DNA from: an uncultured Ruminococcus sp.
GTDB lineage: Bacteria; Bacillota; Clostridia; Lachnospirales; Lachnospiraceae
DNA length: 64,000 bases
Direction of reading: 5' to 3'
Assembly: GCA_900553885.1 (NCBI GenBank)
Contig: USFD01000001.1
Location: forward strand, 35,651-99,650
The notes under the pieces are model-generated. The model was not told the DNA's origin, did not search any database, and worked only from the letters and a program-made list of their open reading frames with translations. A program made the position numbers and the translations under genes. Below, one piece after another: positions 8,483-19,654 of the stretch (its first letter is position 1; the number at the start of each line of letters is the position of its first letter).

Positions 8483-10762
8483 TCAAAACAAATCATCGAA
8501 ATCGTCATTCATAGTTGCACTCTTACCGGCTGCTTCGATTTCTATATGACCGGCGAGATCATTGCCCAGATAAACATCTGCTGAATACGTTCCCGATCTT
8601 TTAATATCTGGAATATCAACTTTGAAATGATTATCATCAATACATTCGGACTGATATCTCTTATTTTCATACCCTATGGTCAGAGTATCTCTTATAGTTT
8701 TATTTACATATAAGGTTACAGTAATTCCCTTTTTATAATCAGCCTTAATCTTTTCTCCATCAACGACTGTCACAACAAAGCTGCTATCATTCAGCGAAAA
8801 GGTAATGATCGGTACAATAACCTCTTCCAGCGAAGCTCCTCCGTGTACTTCTACATTGGCCTCTCGGCTACCCTTAAATCTTCCATAATCAGCAAGAACT
8901 ATATATCCTCGATCTTCCTCATTTATTGCAAATGGAAGATCACATCCAGAAAAGAATTTACAACACCTTCCTGAATGTTTACCCTTTGTATCGGTTTCGT
9001 ATTTTTCTTTCTTATTACGCAACACCGCAAGACGTGATGCTCCGTGATCACTTGCAATCACAACGCGTTCGTACTTTCTAAGGCCTAATGTCGTAGCGAC
9101 ATCACTAACTGCTTTTTCAATGATTTCCAACTCCCTTGCCAAATGAATAGGATAAGGATTTTTCGAACTATAGTAATATCCACCTTTATCTTTATGTTTT
9201 ATTTCATCAAGTTCCTCCTCTTTCGGATGCCTTAAATCTTCTGGCCAGTTATTAAAGAAGGCATTGTTTTCACAAGTAATAGTGGGCAGTTCAGCCCTGC
9301 CGATTTCTACAGAAATTTTCAGCCCGCGTCTTCTTGCAAGTTCCGCAATGAATCCAAGATATTCTACTCCAAGTGCATCAATCCAAAAAAGCTGAGTAGA
9401 CCCGTCATTCTTTTCTTTAACAAGCTCATCTCTCTTCGGAAGACGATTATATATTCTCTCAAGCGCAAGTTTGTCTACTTCTTTCAAAAAATCATCGGTT
9501 AGACTATTTCTAAGCTTGAGTTCCTTATATTTTTCAAAATATGTTGTTATTCTAGCAGCAAATCCAGAATCAAGCCCATTCCCATTAAACGGATATCTGT
9601 TGGTATAAGCAGCAAGATCTGGGTATAACTCCCCAAGATTCTCAGGCAGGCCATTATTGGCAATCCAAATGATAACCTCCTGCTTTTCAACCAAAGTATT
9701 ATCCGTTAATTTATAAACACTTTCACCGACGTTTACACGATTGTCATTTACAAAGGGAGCTATTTCTGCTTCGGGATAATGTGATAACAGTCTTTTCCGT
9801 TCTTTATAAAATTGCTGATACTCAGCATTTGTATGAGAAACGGCAATAATAGCACATAGTATTCCTTTCTTGAAACCGGAAAGTCCTGTACTGTTTTTTA
9901 AAACATATCCCAAGTATTTACCTTCATATGCTTTGGCATTCATCACCAAATAGATGTAAAACAACCAACTATTATACTCCTCTCCATATAGTAAACCGTA
10001 AAAATCAGCATCCTGAAAATCAGTAAATCCATATTCTTCAAACAACTTGTTAGTTTGAAAATTCATATTCCGAAGATCTGTAAGCAACTTCTCCCACATA
10101 TCTTCTGTCCCGTACTCCTTAGGGACTTCATCCATGTTTATATTTTTGGCAATCGCTTCATAAGAATCTCTTACACGCTGAATAGGAAGCAAGGAATCTC
10201 TAAATTCCATAATAGTGTTCGCAGACACTTCATTATTGGCCCCGCCTTCCAGAACTTTCAGAAGATTTTTTACTCCATTTATTTTATATATTCCAAGTCC
10301 AGGATCAGAAAATTTAAAGCACAGTGATGTAGCAAGTTCATCACTAAATGCAACCCTTCCGCTTTCAACCAACCTTTTATCATTCTTTACAAGTAATCTT
10401 ACCTGAGGCTCTACACATCTCAGCAACAAAACGACCTGAGCATTTCCCAGATTGTAATCTTTCAGTTCGGTCAAAACATCGTTTACTCTTTCGTTGCCGC
10501 ATAAAGCAAGGTATTCCCCCAAACCGAGCATCACAATATTATTGTAAGAAAATGAAACATCCGCTGTTTCAAGTTTTTCTCTCATCGCATCTAAATCAGG
10601 AAGTTTGTCGACATTTTTGCAGCATTCACTTATACGCAAAAAACTGATCGCTCTGCTTTTTAAGTTATCTATTACTTCTCCGTATTCCTTATCTCCGACT
10701 ACCATGTAAAAAGGCTTATGGATTTTTGAAGCAAAATAGTCTTCTATTGGCTTCATATTCAT
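8483..10762 (-). CDS. pglZ: PglZ-domain protein (alkaline-phosphatase superfamily) of BREX
   Basis: The motifs WIDALGVEYLGFI and VVIASDHGAS fit the PglZ phosphatase-like core. The length (759 aa) and its position between brxC and brxL also fit. Confidence 0.65.
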   Translation of the reverse strand: MNMKPIEDYFASKIHKPFYMVVGDKEYGEVIDNLKSRAISFLRISECCKNVDKLPDLDAMREKLETADVSFSYNNIVMLGLGEYLALCGNERVNDVLTELKDYNLGNAQVVLLLRCVEPQVRLLVKNDKRLVESGRVAFSDELATSLCFKFSDPGLGIYKINGVKNLLKVLEGGANNEVSANTIMEFRDSLLPIQRVRDSYEAIAKNINMDEVPKEYGTEDMWEKLLTDLRNMNFQTNKLFEEYGFTDFQDADFYGLLYGEEYNSWLFYIYLVMNAKAYEGKYLGYVLKNSTGLSGFKKGILCAIIAVSHTNAEYQQFYKERKRLLSHYPEAEIAPFVNDNRVNVGESVYKLTDNTLVEKQEVIIWIANNGLPENLGELYPDLAAYTNRYPFNGNGLDSGFAARITTYFEKYKELKLRNSLTDDFLKEVDKLALERIYNRLPKRDELVKEKNDGSTQLFWIDALGVEYLGFIAELARRRGLKISVEIGRAELPTITCENNAFFNNWPEDLRHPKEEELDEIKHKDKGGYYYSSKNPYPIHLARELEIIEKAVSDVATTLGLRKYERVVIASDHGASRLAVLRNKKEKYETDTKGKHSGRCCKFFSGCDLPFAINEEDRGYIVLADYGRFKGSREANVEVHGGASLEEVIVPIITFSLNDSSFVVTVVDGEKIKADYKKGITVTLYVNKTIRDTLTIGYENKRYQSECIDDNHFKVDIPDIKRSGTYSADVYLGNDLAGHIEIEAAGKSATMNDDFDDLF

Positions 10763-10767
10763 GAGGA

Positions 10768-13700
10768 TTATTCACCTCCATTAATAATTTCTATTCCGAG
10801 TGTCATACTCTCTTTTACCATGGAAATAAGATGTTCCTTTAACTCATCACTACCCATAGAATTAATCTTAGCAATGGCCTTATCACTGCCTCCGGCATTA
10901 TATTCCGCCTTTGCAAGTTCGCAGATCTTCTCACGAATGCGAGGATGTGAATCCCATTCATATGCATCTATAGGCAGAGTATCCAAAGAATCCCTGACTT
11001 TTTCAATGTCGGTCAGGAGCTTTCTATAAGTTCCCAATATACTGCTAAATGCTTCATCGACTTCCCGCTTGTCATTCAGACTATCAAAAAACTGTGCGCC
11101 GTTCAAAAATTCCAATGCTTCCTTGAACTCTTTCTCGCTCGCAGTACCTCTGTTGAGAACTTCAAAAGTCTTTCTGGCCTGATCATATTCCCCCTTTGGA
11201 ATTATCGATAAAATCGGCGTCCTATTTATAGCAGACCAGGCAGCCGGAGTTTTAGTACCGGTCTTATCTCTCCATAACTTGAAGAGCTGTGTCTTTGTCT
11301 GATTCTTACGGAATTCATCAGCGACTCTCTTTACTATTGCATTACTCTCTGTCCTTGACTTTTTGAAAATATCGGCAAGCTCTGCCGTCCTTAACCGAGC
11401 CACATCGTCATCATTCAGGCCTTCCAGATAAGGAGAATAAATCCTCATGAATGCAGGAATTTCATTTGAAAGATAACTTTCAAGTACAGCCGAATTACTT
11501 ACTATACTATCTGTATAGGTTTTCATCTGCTCCGGCAGGATATCAGCGTCAAGGTAAATCTTTTTCAAGAATTCAAACACATCTTTCAGTTGGGGATATT
11601 CCTCCTGAAGAGCTTCACATGAGCACATTACGAATTTCAGTTTTTCCTGCCATTCCTTATCTGCATCATTCTTGGAATGAACTGTAATATGCAGAATATC
11701 ATTAGTTGCCTTTACATATGTATAGTCAATTATAAGTTCCTTGATCCTTTCTTCGCCTGTATCAAGATTCCAAAGACTGGAATATTCAACTGAGAACAGC
11801 CTTCCGATATCTTTTATAATGTTATCATCGCTTGCTCCGATATTATCAGCCAAATTTCGAAGCTTCCTACCATCAAAATGTTCGATAAACTTCAGCATAC
11901 CTTTGCGGCAGTTTTCCGGAGTCAGTAAATCATGAAGGGAACCTACTATTTTATCGTTTTTCAAAGATTCAGCGCCAATCTCTTTTGCAATCTGATGCGC
12001 ATCTTCGCCCTCTTTCTGTACGAGGAGTATATATTTGGAGACAATATCATAAACTCCGTCAGCATCTACATACCTTAAGCACCATACCGGCAGTCCCAGA
12101 TTCTGCATTCTGGACTTCACAGACGACGATGCCTTTGCGGGAGATGAGAGCGTATTTTCCGGAATACCCCATGCTTTTTCAGTAGTGGCATAGAAGGCAC
12201 GTTCCTCCTGCGTCATTTTTACTATGTAGGTAGAGGTTCCCTTACTTATGCAGTTGCCAATAATCTCTGCAAGTTTGTTCGAATCCATCTCTCCGTTGGC
12301 ACCTTTGGGGTCAATATAGCGATATTTTGTCAGGCTATATTCCTTGAGAAGAAATCCCATAAGGAATGCCGTCAAATTGCACTGTGCATATCCAAATTTA
12401 GATACAAGATGCTCGTACACATCAAGAACTGACACTGACTGATTATTGTCAAACAGATCTTTTATCAAAACTTCAACAGAGGACTTTATGACCGAAATTC
12501 CTATACCAGAGGTCTCGGGCTTTGTCCAATAATTATCAACATTCCATACACCTGCTAACGTGCTCTTTTCCGCCCCAGCCATTACTCCGCTTGTCTTTTG
12601 GTTAATGCCGCACAAAGCAGCTGCCTTTGCATTTGATAACTTGAATTGCGATTCCGTAAGCCCCTTTCCAAAATCAGGCACATATCTGAATTTTTTAAGA
12701 ACAACCGTCTGCAGAACGTCTGCCACAGCTGAACCACCCAATACTTTCTCCCCATCAGGATAATCCTTGCTCCATATCGTAAAAATTCCGTTATAGATGC
12801 GATTCTTCCATGTTATGGTTAGAACCTGCTCCGCTTTCTTGGCGTTATCTCTTGCAGACAGATTGTTATTATGTTGATAGTAATTCGCCATTGCGGAGTA
12901 CTCGACATAAGAATTAAAATCGTCATCACCCAGCGGACTTGCTGTAGCATCGATAAATAGAATGTTGTTATAATCTCCGCTTGCCACCGCTGCCTTAATC
13001 TTGTCACGCAGCGCGACGCCTTCTGCTGCGTCTTTCGCAAACGCTAAGACAGCATTAAAGTGCCAATTTTCCTGACGATTTTTTAATGTATTGATTTTTT
13101 TTGTAATATCATTTATCGTCACCGTAGTTATCTGGCCGCTCGTGTAGTCTTCGGCAAAACGTAACCTAAGCGGCGGATTCAGAGAAAGACAGGTTCCAAG
13201 TTTTCCGTCACTGACGAGGCTAGCAGCTGAACTGCTGTTTCTAATCAACTCCTTGTATTCATTTATCTTTACCTGATCTCCGGCAAGTACCGCCACACCG
13301 TAGGCAAATTTATTATTACCGATAGGTGTCTGAACGAGAACTCCACTCTTGCAGAGCTGCTTTGCCAGATTTTTGCATTTAGTATCCATTCCGGAAGTTA
13401 TGCCTTCAAAAACATAACTAATGTTCTGTTCCGTCGGCTTAAGTACGTCAAGCTCACCACCCAAGCGTTTATCAATCGCCTGCATGATAAGGATAGCTTT
13501 CAGGACACGTTTTTCATCATCCCTGAGATTTTTCTGCTGAGGATAAGCGTCAAGGATCATTCTGATGTCAGGAGAAAGGTTATCTTTGCCCTTTTCATAG
13601 AAGAAGTCCCAGAGCATATCAATAGTCAAAAATGGGTAATCGTCATCCGGTCCATAGTTGGATATGAACCACTGAAAAGCCTGCGAATCATCTTTTACCT

Positions 13701-14907
13701 TAATAAAATCAAACATACTACGCTGATTGGATGCAAACGCAGACGCAATGTTTTTAAGGACAAGCGCGGCCATAGGATGAAGCGGCATAATCTTCTTTAT
13801 AACTTTCTGATCAGTGATATTCGCCGCTTTCATCACAGCGTTTCTTGAATCGCTGAGACGACTGTTGAGCGTGTTAGCGCAGTTATTCCAAGTATCTGCT
13901 GCTGCCGATTTAACCTTGAAAGCATCGCCTATGAGATCAAACGCAATATTGTCTGGGAGCGTGATCTCAACCTTATCAAAACGTTGCTGAACAACCTTCC
14001 ATGATTCATCCTGATTATCAATAATACTGCCCGCCTGATGGGTAACGATGACAAGATAGAACGGACTCTCCTGGCAAAGAGCGACGACTTTCTGAAACTC
14101 ATCAAGCGAATACTTGTTGTTTTCAAAGAATTTGCTGAATTCATCCCAGAAAAATACAATCTTTATATGATTCTGGTCAATTACATCCTTGAGCCATACT
14201 TTCAGCCTGTCGGCATCAAGATTCATAGCTGTAATGCCTTCTTTGTCAGCAAGTTCAAAAATGTTTGACATGAGATCCTTTATGTCGCCGGATTTCTTCA
14301 ATGTATTGAGAACCTCATCTGCATTGGACTGAGAGAACTTTGCAATCCATTCTGGCTTCTGGAGAAGATCATTAAAGAATCTTTTATGTGCCGGGTCTTC
14401 TATCCAAGAGATAACATTCTCCTTGAATGTATTTTCACCCATATATGTAACACGATCACTCTTTTCCAAAGCTTCACGTACACTCTCCTGAATTTCGGCA
14501 AAGAACTTCTGCGGAGTGGTAATTCCGCCTGTCGCATATCTGTAAACTGTCACAATACCCCTGTCTCTGTGGCCAAGAAGCTTTGAGAGAAGGTCGCTCT
14601 CCTTTTTCAGCGCGTCATAGCTATTCCAGTAAGCTTTCAGCTCATCTTCGGGGACTTCCAGAATACTCTTCAACGCAAAAGCACACTGTGATTTTCCGGT
14701 TCCGTAAGCACCGTGAATCCATACGGAACGGTTCGTGCTTCCTCCCAGCATATTTTCTGTTGCACGCAGTAATTTGATAAATGTCGCGTGGGGGTAGGTG
14801 GTATCCCACCTTGCGCCTCCCGCTATCGCGGAATCATCAATACACGGGAAATACTTTTCATCGATATCAAAGAACTGATCGTATTTTCCTCTTCCAAATC
14901 CAGCCAT
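10768..14907 (-). CDS. brxC: BrxC/PglY-like P-loop ATPase (BREX)
   Basis: An N-terminal Walker A motif GAYGTGKSQCAFAL and a Walker B-like IVFFWDEF are present. The protein is 1379 aa, with a gaggagg RBS, and follows the type-4 BREX gene order. Confidence 0.6.
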   Translation of the reverse strand: MAGFGRGKYDQFFDIDEKYFPCIDDSAIAGGARWDTTYPHATFIKLLRATENMLGGSTNRSVWIHGAYGTGKSQCAFALKSILEVPEDELKAYWNSYDALKKESDLLSKLLGHRDRGIVTVYRYATGGITTPQKFFAEIQESVREALEKSDRVTYMGENTFKENVISWIEDPAHKRFFNDLLQKPEWIAKFSQSNADEVLNTLKKSGDIKDLMSNIFELADKEGITAMNLDADRLKVWLKDVIDQNHIKIVFFWDEFSKFFENNKYSLDEFQKVVALCQESPFYLVIVTHQAGSIIDNQDESWKVVQQRFDKVEITLPDNIAFDLIGDAFKVKSAAADTWNNCANTLNSRLSDSRNAVMKAANITDQKVIKKIMPLHPMAALVLKNIASAFASNQRSMFDFIKVKDDSQAFQWFISNYGPDDDYPFLTIDMLWDFFYEKGKDNLSPDIRMILDAYPQQKNLRDDEKRVLKAILIMQAIDKRLGGELDVLKPTEQNISYVFEGITSGMDTKCKNLAKQLCKSGVLVQTPIGNNKFAYGVAVLAGDQVKINEYKELIRNSSSAASLVSDGKLGTCLSLNPPLRLRFAEDYTSGQITTVTINDITKKINTLKNRQENWHFNAVLAFAKDAAEGVALRDKIKAAVASGDYNNILFIDATASPLGDDDFNSYVEYSAMANYYQHNNNLSARDNAKKAEQVLTITWKNRIYNGIFTIWSKDYPDGEKVLGGSAVADVLQTVVLKKFRYVPDFGKGLTESQFKLSNAKAAALCGINQKTSGVMAGAEKSTLAGVWNVDNYWTKPETSGIGISVIKSSVEVLIKDLFDNNQSVSVLDVYEHLVSKFGYAQCNLTAFLMGFLLKEYSLTKYRYIDPKGANGEMDSNKLAEIIGNCISKGTSTYIVKMTQEERAFYATTEKAWGIPENTLSSPAKASSSVKSRMQNLGLPVWCLRYVDADGVYDIVSKYILLVQKEGEDAHQIAKEIGAESLKNDKIVGSLHDLLTPENCRKGMLKFIEHFDGRKLRNLADNIGASDDNIIKDIGRLFSVEYSSLWNLDTGEERIKELIIDYTYVKATNDILHITVHSKNDADKEWQEKLKFVMCSCEALQEEYPQLKDVFEFLKKIYLDADILPEQMKTYTDSIVSNSAVLESYLSNEIPAFMRIYSPYLEGLNDDDVARLRTAELADIFKKSRTESNAIVKRVADEFRKNQTKTQLFKLWRDKTGTKTPAAWSAINRTPILSIIPKGEYDQARKTFEVLNRGTASEKEFKEALEFLNGAQFFDSLNDKREVDEAFSSILGTYRKLLTDIEKVRDSLDTLPIDAYEWDSHPRIREKICELAKAEYNAGGSDKAIAKINSMGSDELKEHLISMVKESMTLGIEIINGGE

Positions 14908-14909
14908 GA

Positions 14910-17216
14910 TTAATCCTCCTCAAACAGACGTAGGACATCCTTCGATGTCTTATCCGTCAATGATATTTTATCCAGGTCATTTGTAAACGTAGCGTTTATG
15001 AAATCCGGGTACTTAGCTGTCAACCCCATCAAAATTGACTTGGTATCCTCATATTCGAGTCCGAAGAGTCGAGTTGGGCTGATACCATCACGATCTATAT
15101 CATCGTTCATCATCCATGCTAGAGTAAATTCCTTGTAGTCGTTGCACGCCTCCGCAAATTTGTAGAGAGCATAAAGAACAACGCGGTTGTCAGAAATAAT
15201 ACATTTAGTTCTACAAATAGAATTAATCTGTCTACCGTTCTCTTCAACACACCCCCAATTCAACGTAGTTCCCATAGGTAATTCACAAAATCTCTTAAAG
15301 GCATTTATGATCGACGTAGCATCCGCCTTACTTACTCCCTCAGCCATTAAGAGATCCCTTACTTTATTTCGCGGATAAAAAATTCCAACATCCAAATTAT
15401 TTACATACCATGCAAACTGAGGATTTTCAACAAAATTAACTATCATAATTCCCCAAGATGTTTCGCTTTCCCAGCCAAGTTTTGAAACAATATCATAAAG
15501 TGCCGTTGTTTTATTATCTTTACCTATAATTCCAGATTCTCTAAAAAATCTTTTAACTTTTGGCTCTTGATTTTTTTTATTCAACGTATTGTTCTCCCAA
15601 TACTCATTTCCAAGTTCAAAAAACTCTCTGATCCAATCTACCTTTGGCGCATGATTTGCAAAGGAATTTAAACTCTTATCTTTCATGTTTCCTCCTGTTG
15701 TAGTTCTTAAAGAATGAAATAATAAACATCCATCATCTATTTCATGACATTGTCCACAATGAACACAACCATCAATTTTTAAGCCATGATCAAAGGTAAT
15801 ACAACCGTTTCGGCAATTCGTCTCACAAACACGACATCCTGTACAATATGCAGCCTTATGGAATACCTGCTTAAACTTCTTTATTTCTTGCGGATATTTC
15901 TTTAATAATGACGCATCACATGTAACAATATATCCTTCTAATGTTTGCTCAAAGGAAAATTCGAACGGAATTTGTCCAAGTGTTTTAATCCATTCTCTCC
16001 AATCAGTTGATGGATTCTTCACCGTAATAATAAGTTTTCGATCCTTTACTTCGTCTTTATACTTTTGCTTATTAATCGTAAGATCTCTTCCGTTTTTTCG
16101 AGCATTCCATCCACCCCTGGATACATATGTGTTAAGTGAATTTTCATTATCCTTATCTCTTGCATCCATCGATTTTATCAGATCTACATACTTTGAAACT
16201 TCAGAGGGATATGCACAATATTGAATATAATCTCCTTTATTGCCACCCATAGGACAGAAAAGACACCCCGCTCTAGAGTTTCCCTTTTTATAGGCTTCAT
16301 TGACATATATACCCTTTGCAAATATATACAGCCATACCTCAGCGGACGTCCACTCTAAAATCGCATTAAAACTATATTGCCCCTTCTGCTTTTTCCCATA
16401 ATTTTCGTACTGGTATTCGCTTCTGGCTACACTTTCATGCTTGCGGACACCAACAAAGTCCATTCCAACGTAATCATCTTTGCCGGTAATCTCTCTCAAC
16501 TTCAGCGTCTGTGGTGCACTCTTATGAACGCTGCAGCACCAGCGAAGAACCCTTGCAGGAGGGCCGAAAATCTTCCAGGATTCATGTGGATCAAAGTGGG
16601 ATCGAGCCACATAAAACGGCGTTCCATCCTCTTCACAAGCCTGCTTTTCTTTTTCAACTGCAACATAGGTATCCGGAAATTCCATTCCTGTATCGCCGAA
16701 GACAACAACAAAGCTCCCCTTAGGCAATGCCCGTTTCACCAGATCTAAGAGTACCGCACTGTCCTTGCCTCCCGAAAAAGCCACATGGAATATATCGAGC
16801 TTGTTCTTATACTTCTCGTATATTGCCACAATCTTTTTGACCGTAGTATTCTCAATGATATCAAGCAGATCAAGATTCTTATTAACCATTCCCTCTATAT
16901 CAACAGGGCGTAACATACCCCCGTCTGGCTCCGGCTGAACAGGATTGCCCTCACTGTCCTTGGGGATTATTATCTCCGGTGCTTCATACAGGTTACCGCC
17001 TTTAAGTTTAGCCACCTGCTTTCCTCTATACCAGTATTGAACAGACTCCGCCCACATATAGGGAGCATCCGATTGCTTGTCATATTTCCAGTATTTATCA
17101 AATCCAAGCAGATCCAACTCCGGTGCATAGACCGGTCTTGGCTCCTTAGAAAATACTGTAGGCGTGGAATTCAGAAGGATCCCGCCTGTTTCTTCATCAT
17201 AAGTATATGAATACAA
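14910..17216 (-). CDS. brxP: BrxP-like PAPS-reductase family PP-loop ATP pyrophosphatase with a C-terminal Cys-rich (Fe-S-like) region
   Basis: The PP-loop motif SGGKDS appears in HVAFSGGKDSAVLLD. A Cys cluster follows: CTGCRVCETNCRNGC....CVHCGQCHEIDDGC. The start is TTG, 2 nt after the upstream stop, behind an aaaggag RBS. It is homologous to DndC/SspD-type proteins. Confidence 0.65.
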   Translation of the reverse strand: MYSYTYDEETGGILLNSTPTVFSKEPRPVYAPELDLLGFDKYWKYDKQSDAPYMWAESVQYWYRGKQVAKLKGGNLYEAPEIIIPKDSEGNPVQPEPDGGMLRPVDIEGMVNKNLDLLDIIENTTVKKIVAIYEKYKNKLDIFHVAFSGGKDSAVLLDLVKRALPKGSFVVVFGDTGMEFPDTYVAVEKEKQACEEDGTPFYVARSHFDPHESWKIFGPPARVLRWCCSVHKSAPQTLKLREITGKDDYVGMDFVGVRKHESVARSEYQYENYGKKQKGQYSFNAILEWTSAEVWLYIFAKGIYVNEAYKKGNSRAGCLFCPMGGNKGDYIQYCAYPSEVSKYVDLIKSMDARDKDNENSLNTYVSRGGWNARKNGRDLTINKQKYKDEVKDRKLIITVKNPSTDWREWIKTLGQIPFEFSFEQTLEGYIVTCDASLLKKYPQEIKKFKQVFHKAAYCTGCRVCETNCRNGCITFDHGLKIDGCVHCGQCHEIDDGCLLFHSLRTTTGGNMKDKSLNSFANHAPKVDWIREFFELGNEYWENNTLNKKNQEPKVKRFFRESGIIGKDNKTTALYDIVSKLGWESETSWGIMIVNFVENPQFAWYVNNLDVGIFYPRNKVRDLLMAEGVSKADATSIINAFKRFCELPMGTTLNWGCVEENGRQINSICRTKCIISDNRVVLYALYKFAEACNDYKEFTLAWMMNDDIDRDGISPTRLFGLEYEDTKSILMGLTAKYPDFINATFTNDLDKISLTDKTSKDVLRLFEED

Positions 17217-17218
17217 GC

Positions 17219-19603
17219 TTACTTTCTCCTTTCTCGCAGCTGAGCAGCTTCGTTTATCAGCAAATCAATATCTTTGTATTTCTTTCTTTCCATATATCCA
17301 GCCTCTGTCAGAAAACCAAAGACCTCGCTCTGCTGCAAATCTCTACCAGAGCGTGCAACTGCTTGCGTCATAATATCATGATAGCTAAGCGTACATGACT
17401 TAATCACTATTGCCCCTGAATTAGATGAATTTGCGCGACGCGTCTCATACTTATATTTTTTGCTGAACCGGCGGCAATAGCTTTCAAGCAAATAAAGGTT
17501 CCATCCATATCCACAGAAGGGGAATGTACTAAAAGTCGTTATTTCCCGCATTCCGATAAAGTCATCGGTGATCACATAATCAAGCGCCGCATCTATGCGG
17601 TCTATATCAAACTGAATAAATCTATCCGCAATAAAATCATCCTTATCAACGCGAACCATGACAGCATTAGCTGCCTCGATTATATCTGGTCGCCTGATAG
17701 TACCTGTAACCCGTTTAGCTATACCTTCAAGGCGATCATAAGTGCATTTATCCTGTTTCCGGCAAAACTCAATTACAGCAGTGTATGTATCTTTACTGGC
17801 TCCTTTACGCGTCAGTACTCTAGCATTTCTCTCGAAACGATCCTCAACCAATTTGTAAAAGCATGTATAAAGTGCTGCCTCCGAAATTTCCGGATTTGCT
17901 TCAACTAAATGGTCAAATGGGATCTCGTCCAATGAAACCACTCCATGTTTCTCACATTGCTCATCCGCGTAATCAGAAAGGCTTTCTATCTCAGCTTCGT
18001 CCGCTTCAAACCAATCTGCCTGCATATAAGTTTCCGCAGAATTCCAGACGAATGCTGGCTGTTTGGCCAGTGTGAACTTTATCTTATCCATCGGAATCAG
18101 TGGCAGTTTCATAGAGAGTTCATCAAAAGTCTGCAATGTACTGCTGCCCCAAACACGTATAATATCATTTTTTATTAGTTCAAATTCTGTTTGGCGCTCT
18201 GAAGGTAAAGCAAAATAATTACTCCTGTACCGAAACTGCGGCATAAGATACTTTAATATTGCCTTAAGCATATCTGCCGATATGATCTTCGCCTCAGAAT
18301 ATTCATAGAACTTAAAATCATAAAGCGAATCATAATAAACAATATTGACTCCTTGATTCTTATAGTCATTAATCTCATTAACGATGGACTTCATACTGTC
18401 ATCCGAGATAAGATAAACTTTCCCATCAAACTCAAACCCCATCTCTCTGATGGCATTAAGCAACACGTCATCACTCAGTGAACAATCCAAATCGTTAACT
18501 TCCTCATAGGATGCTCTAAATCTGTACAGTTCTACACCATCGTCCTTAAAGCCATACTCAAAACGTGGGAGCTTCAAAGTTTCTCTTATTCGATCTAACT
18601 CGTCCTTGCTTACTTTTTCTTGCGGGGAAACCTTTTCACCTTTTGACTTTTGAAACTTTCTACCTCCTTTCAAGCCCAAGAACTCAAGATATTTTGCTAA
18701 TGCAGCAGTTAACCTATTATGCTGCGTTTCATTATAGACTCGAAAATCATTATCCAAAGTCAAGAGTGCTATATTGCTTTCTAATTTATCTAGAGATTCC
18801 TCGCCATAAATTCTACCTGTACCAATATTATGTTCCGCACATAAAGAATCACATCTGTTAATTGCTGATGCATAGCTTCTTCCTGTAGGCGCAGCAAGAC
18901 CTTTATTCTCTGTCAGCCAAAGATAAAAGTCAGACTTATTTATTCCTGAACTTGGTTTATCTTTCTCTTCTGTCTCTTCATCAGGATACTTATGCACAAG
19001 AAATTCTTTATACTTGATTAATCCGCTAATCATGGAGTATCTCCGACTCCTTGAATGGATTCTTATTCCTTTACTGCTCCTGATATTATCTATCAAGAGA
19101 GATATTTCATCAGAATCATCCATTTCAAGGATTCGATTATGAATGACCCCCTTTTTCTTCAACAATATCTCCAAGACCCCCAATTCTTCGATAACCGCTG
19201 AAGAAGCTTTTTCAGACAAAGTATGCTCAAGCCATTCTTGAAACGCGGATTTATTGTTTGTGGAAGCTTCTGACACAATCCTCGCCTCCTTTAATAATTC
19301 AGCAAATGCATCTTGATCATTTTGATATTTATTAACTATATCGAAGTACCATCCACGTGTAACATGCAGACCTGACTTACCACCAGTATACGCATATTCG
19401 AGGCAGTTCATCTGAAGCGAAATACCATTCTCATTACGAAATTTCTCGTCGATTTTAATTCCACGTGATTCAGCTTCTTTTCTAAGCCTTTTTGATACTT
19501 CTGATATTGCCTCTTTCCTTTCAGTTTTTCCATTCAGTACGTCTATCAGTGCTTGGAGCAAGACAGCTTGTTCATGCTCATTCCAGACAATTCTGGTTGA
19601 CAT
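17219..19603 (-). CDS. Large hypothetical protein (794 aa), first structural gene of the BREX-like operon
   Basis: This is a clean ORF with an RBS (gaaggaagg). No P-loop or nuclease motifs were recognised, and no family could be assigned. It is translationally coupled to brxP. Confidence 0.5.
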   Translation of the reverse strand: MSTRIVWNEHEQAVLLQALIDVLNGKTERKEAISEVSKRLRKEAESRGIKIDEKFRNENGISLQMNCLEYAYTGGKSGLHVTRGWYFDIVNKYQNDQDAFAELLKEARIVSEASTNNKSAFQEWLEHTLSEKASSAVIEELGVLEILLKKKGVIHNRILEMDDSDEISLLIDNIRSSKGIRIHSRSRRYSMISGLIKYKEFLVHKYPDEETEEKDKPSSGINKSDFYLWLTENKGLAAPTGRSYASAINRCDSLCAEHNIGTGRIYGEESLDKLESNIALLTLDNDFRVYNETQHNRLTAALAKYLEFLGLKGGRKFQKSKGEKVSPQEKVSKDELDRIRETLKLPRFEYGFKDDGVELYRFRASYEEVNDLDCSLSDDVLLNAIREMGFEFDGKVYLISDDSMKSIVNEINDYKNQGVNIVYYDSLYDFKFYEYSEAKIISADMLKAILKYLMPQFRYRSNYFALPSERQTEFELIKNDIIRVWGSSTLQTFDELSMKLPLIPMDKIKFTLAKQPAFVWNSAETYMQADWFEADEAEIESLSDYADEQCEKHGVVSLDEIPFDHLVEANPEISEAALYTCFYKLVEDRFERNARVLTRKGASKDTYTAVIEFCRKQDKCTYDRLEGIAKRVTGTIRRPDIIEAANAVMVRVDKDDFIADRFIQFDIDRIDAALDYVITDDFIGMREITTFSTFPFCGYGWNLYLLESYCRRFSKKYKYETRRANSSNSGAIVIKSCTLSYHDIMTQAVARSGRDLQQSEVFGFLTEAGYMERKKYKDIDLLINEAAQLRERRK

Positions 19604-19654
19604 ATTGTAATGTTCCTTCCTTCACTACAGTATATAAAATGATATATCCCATAA

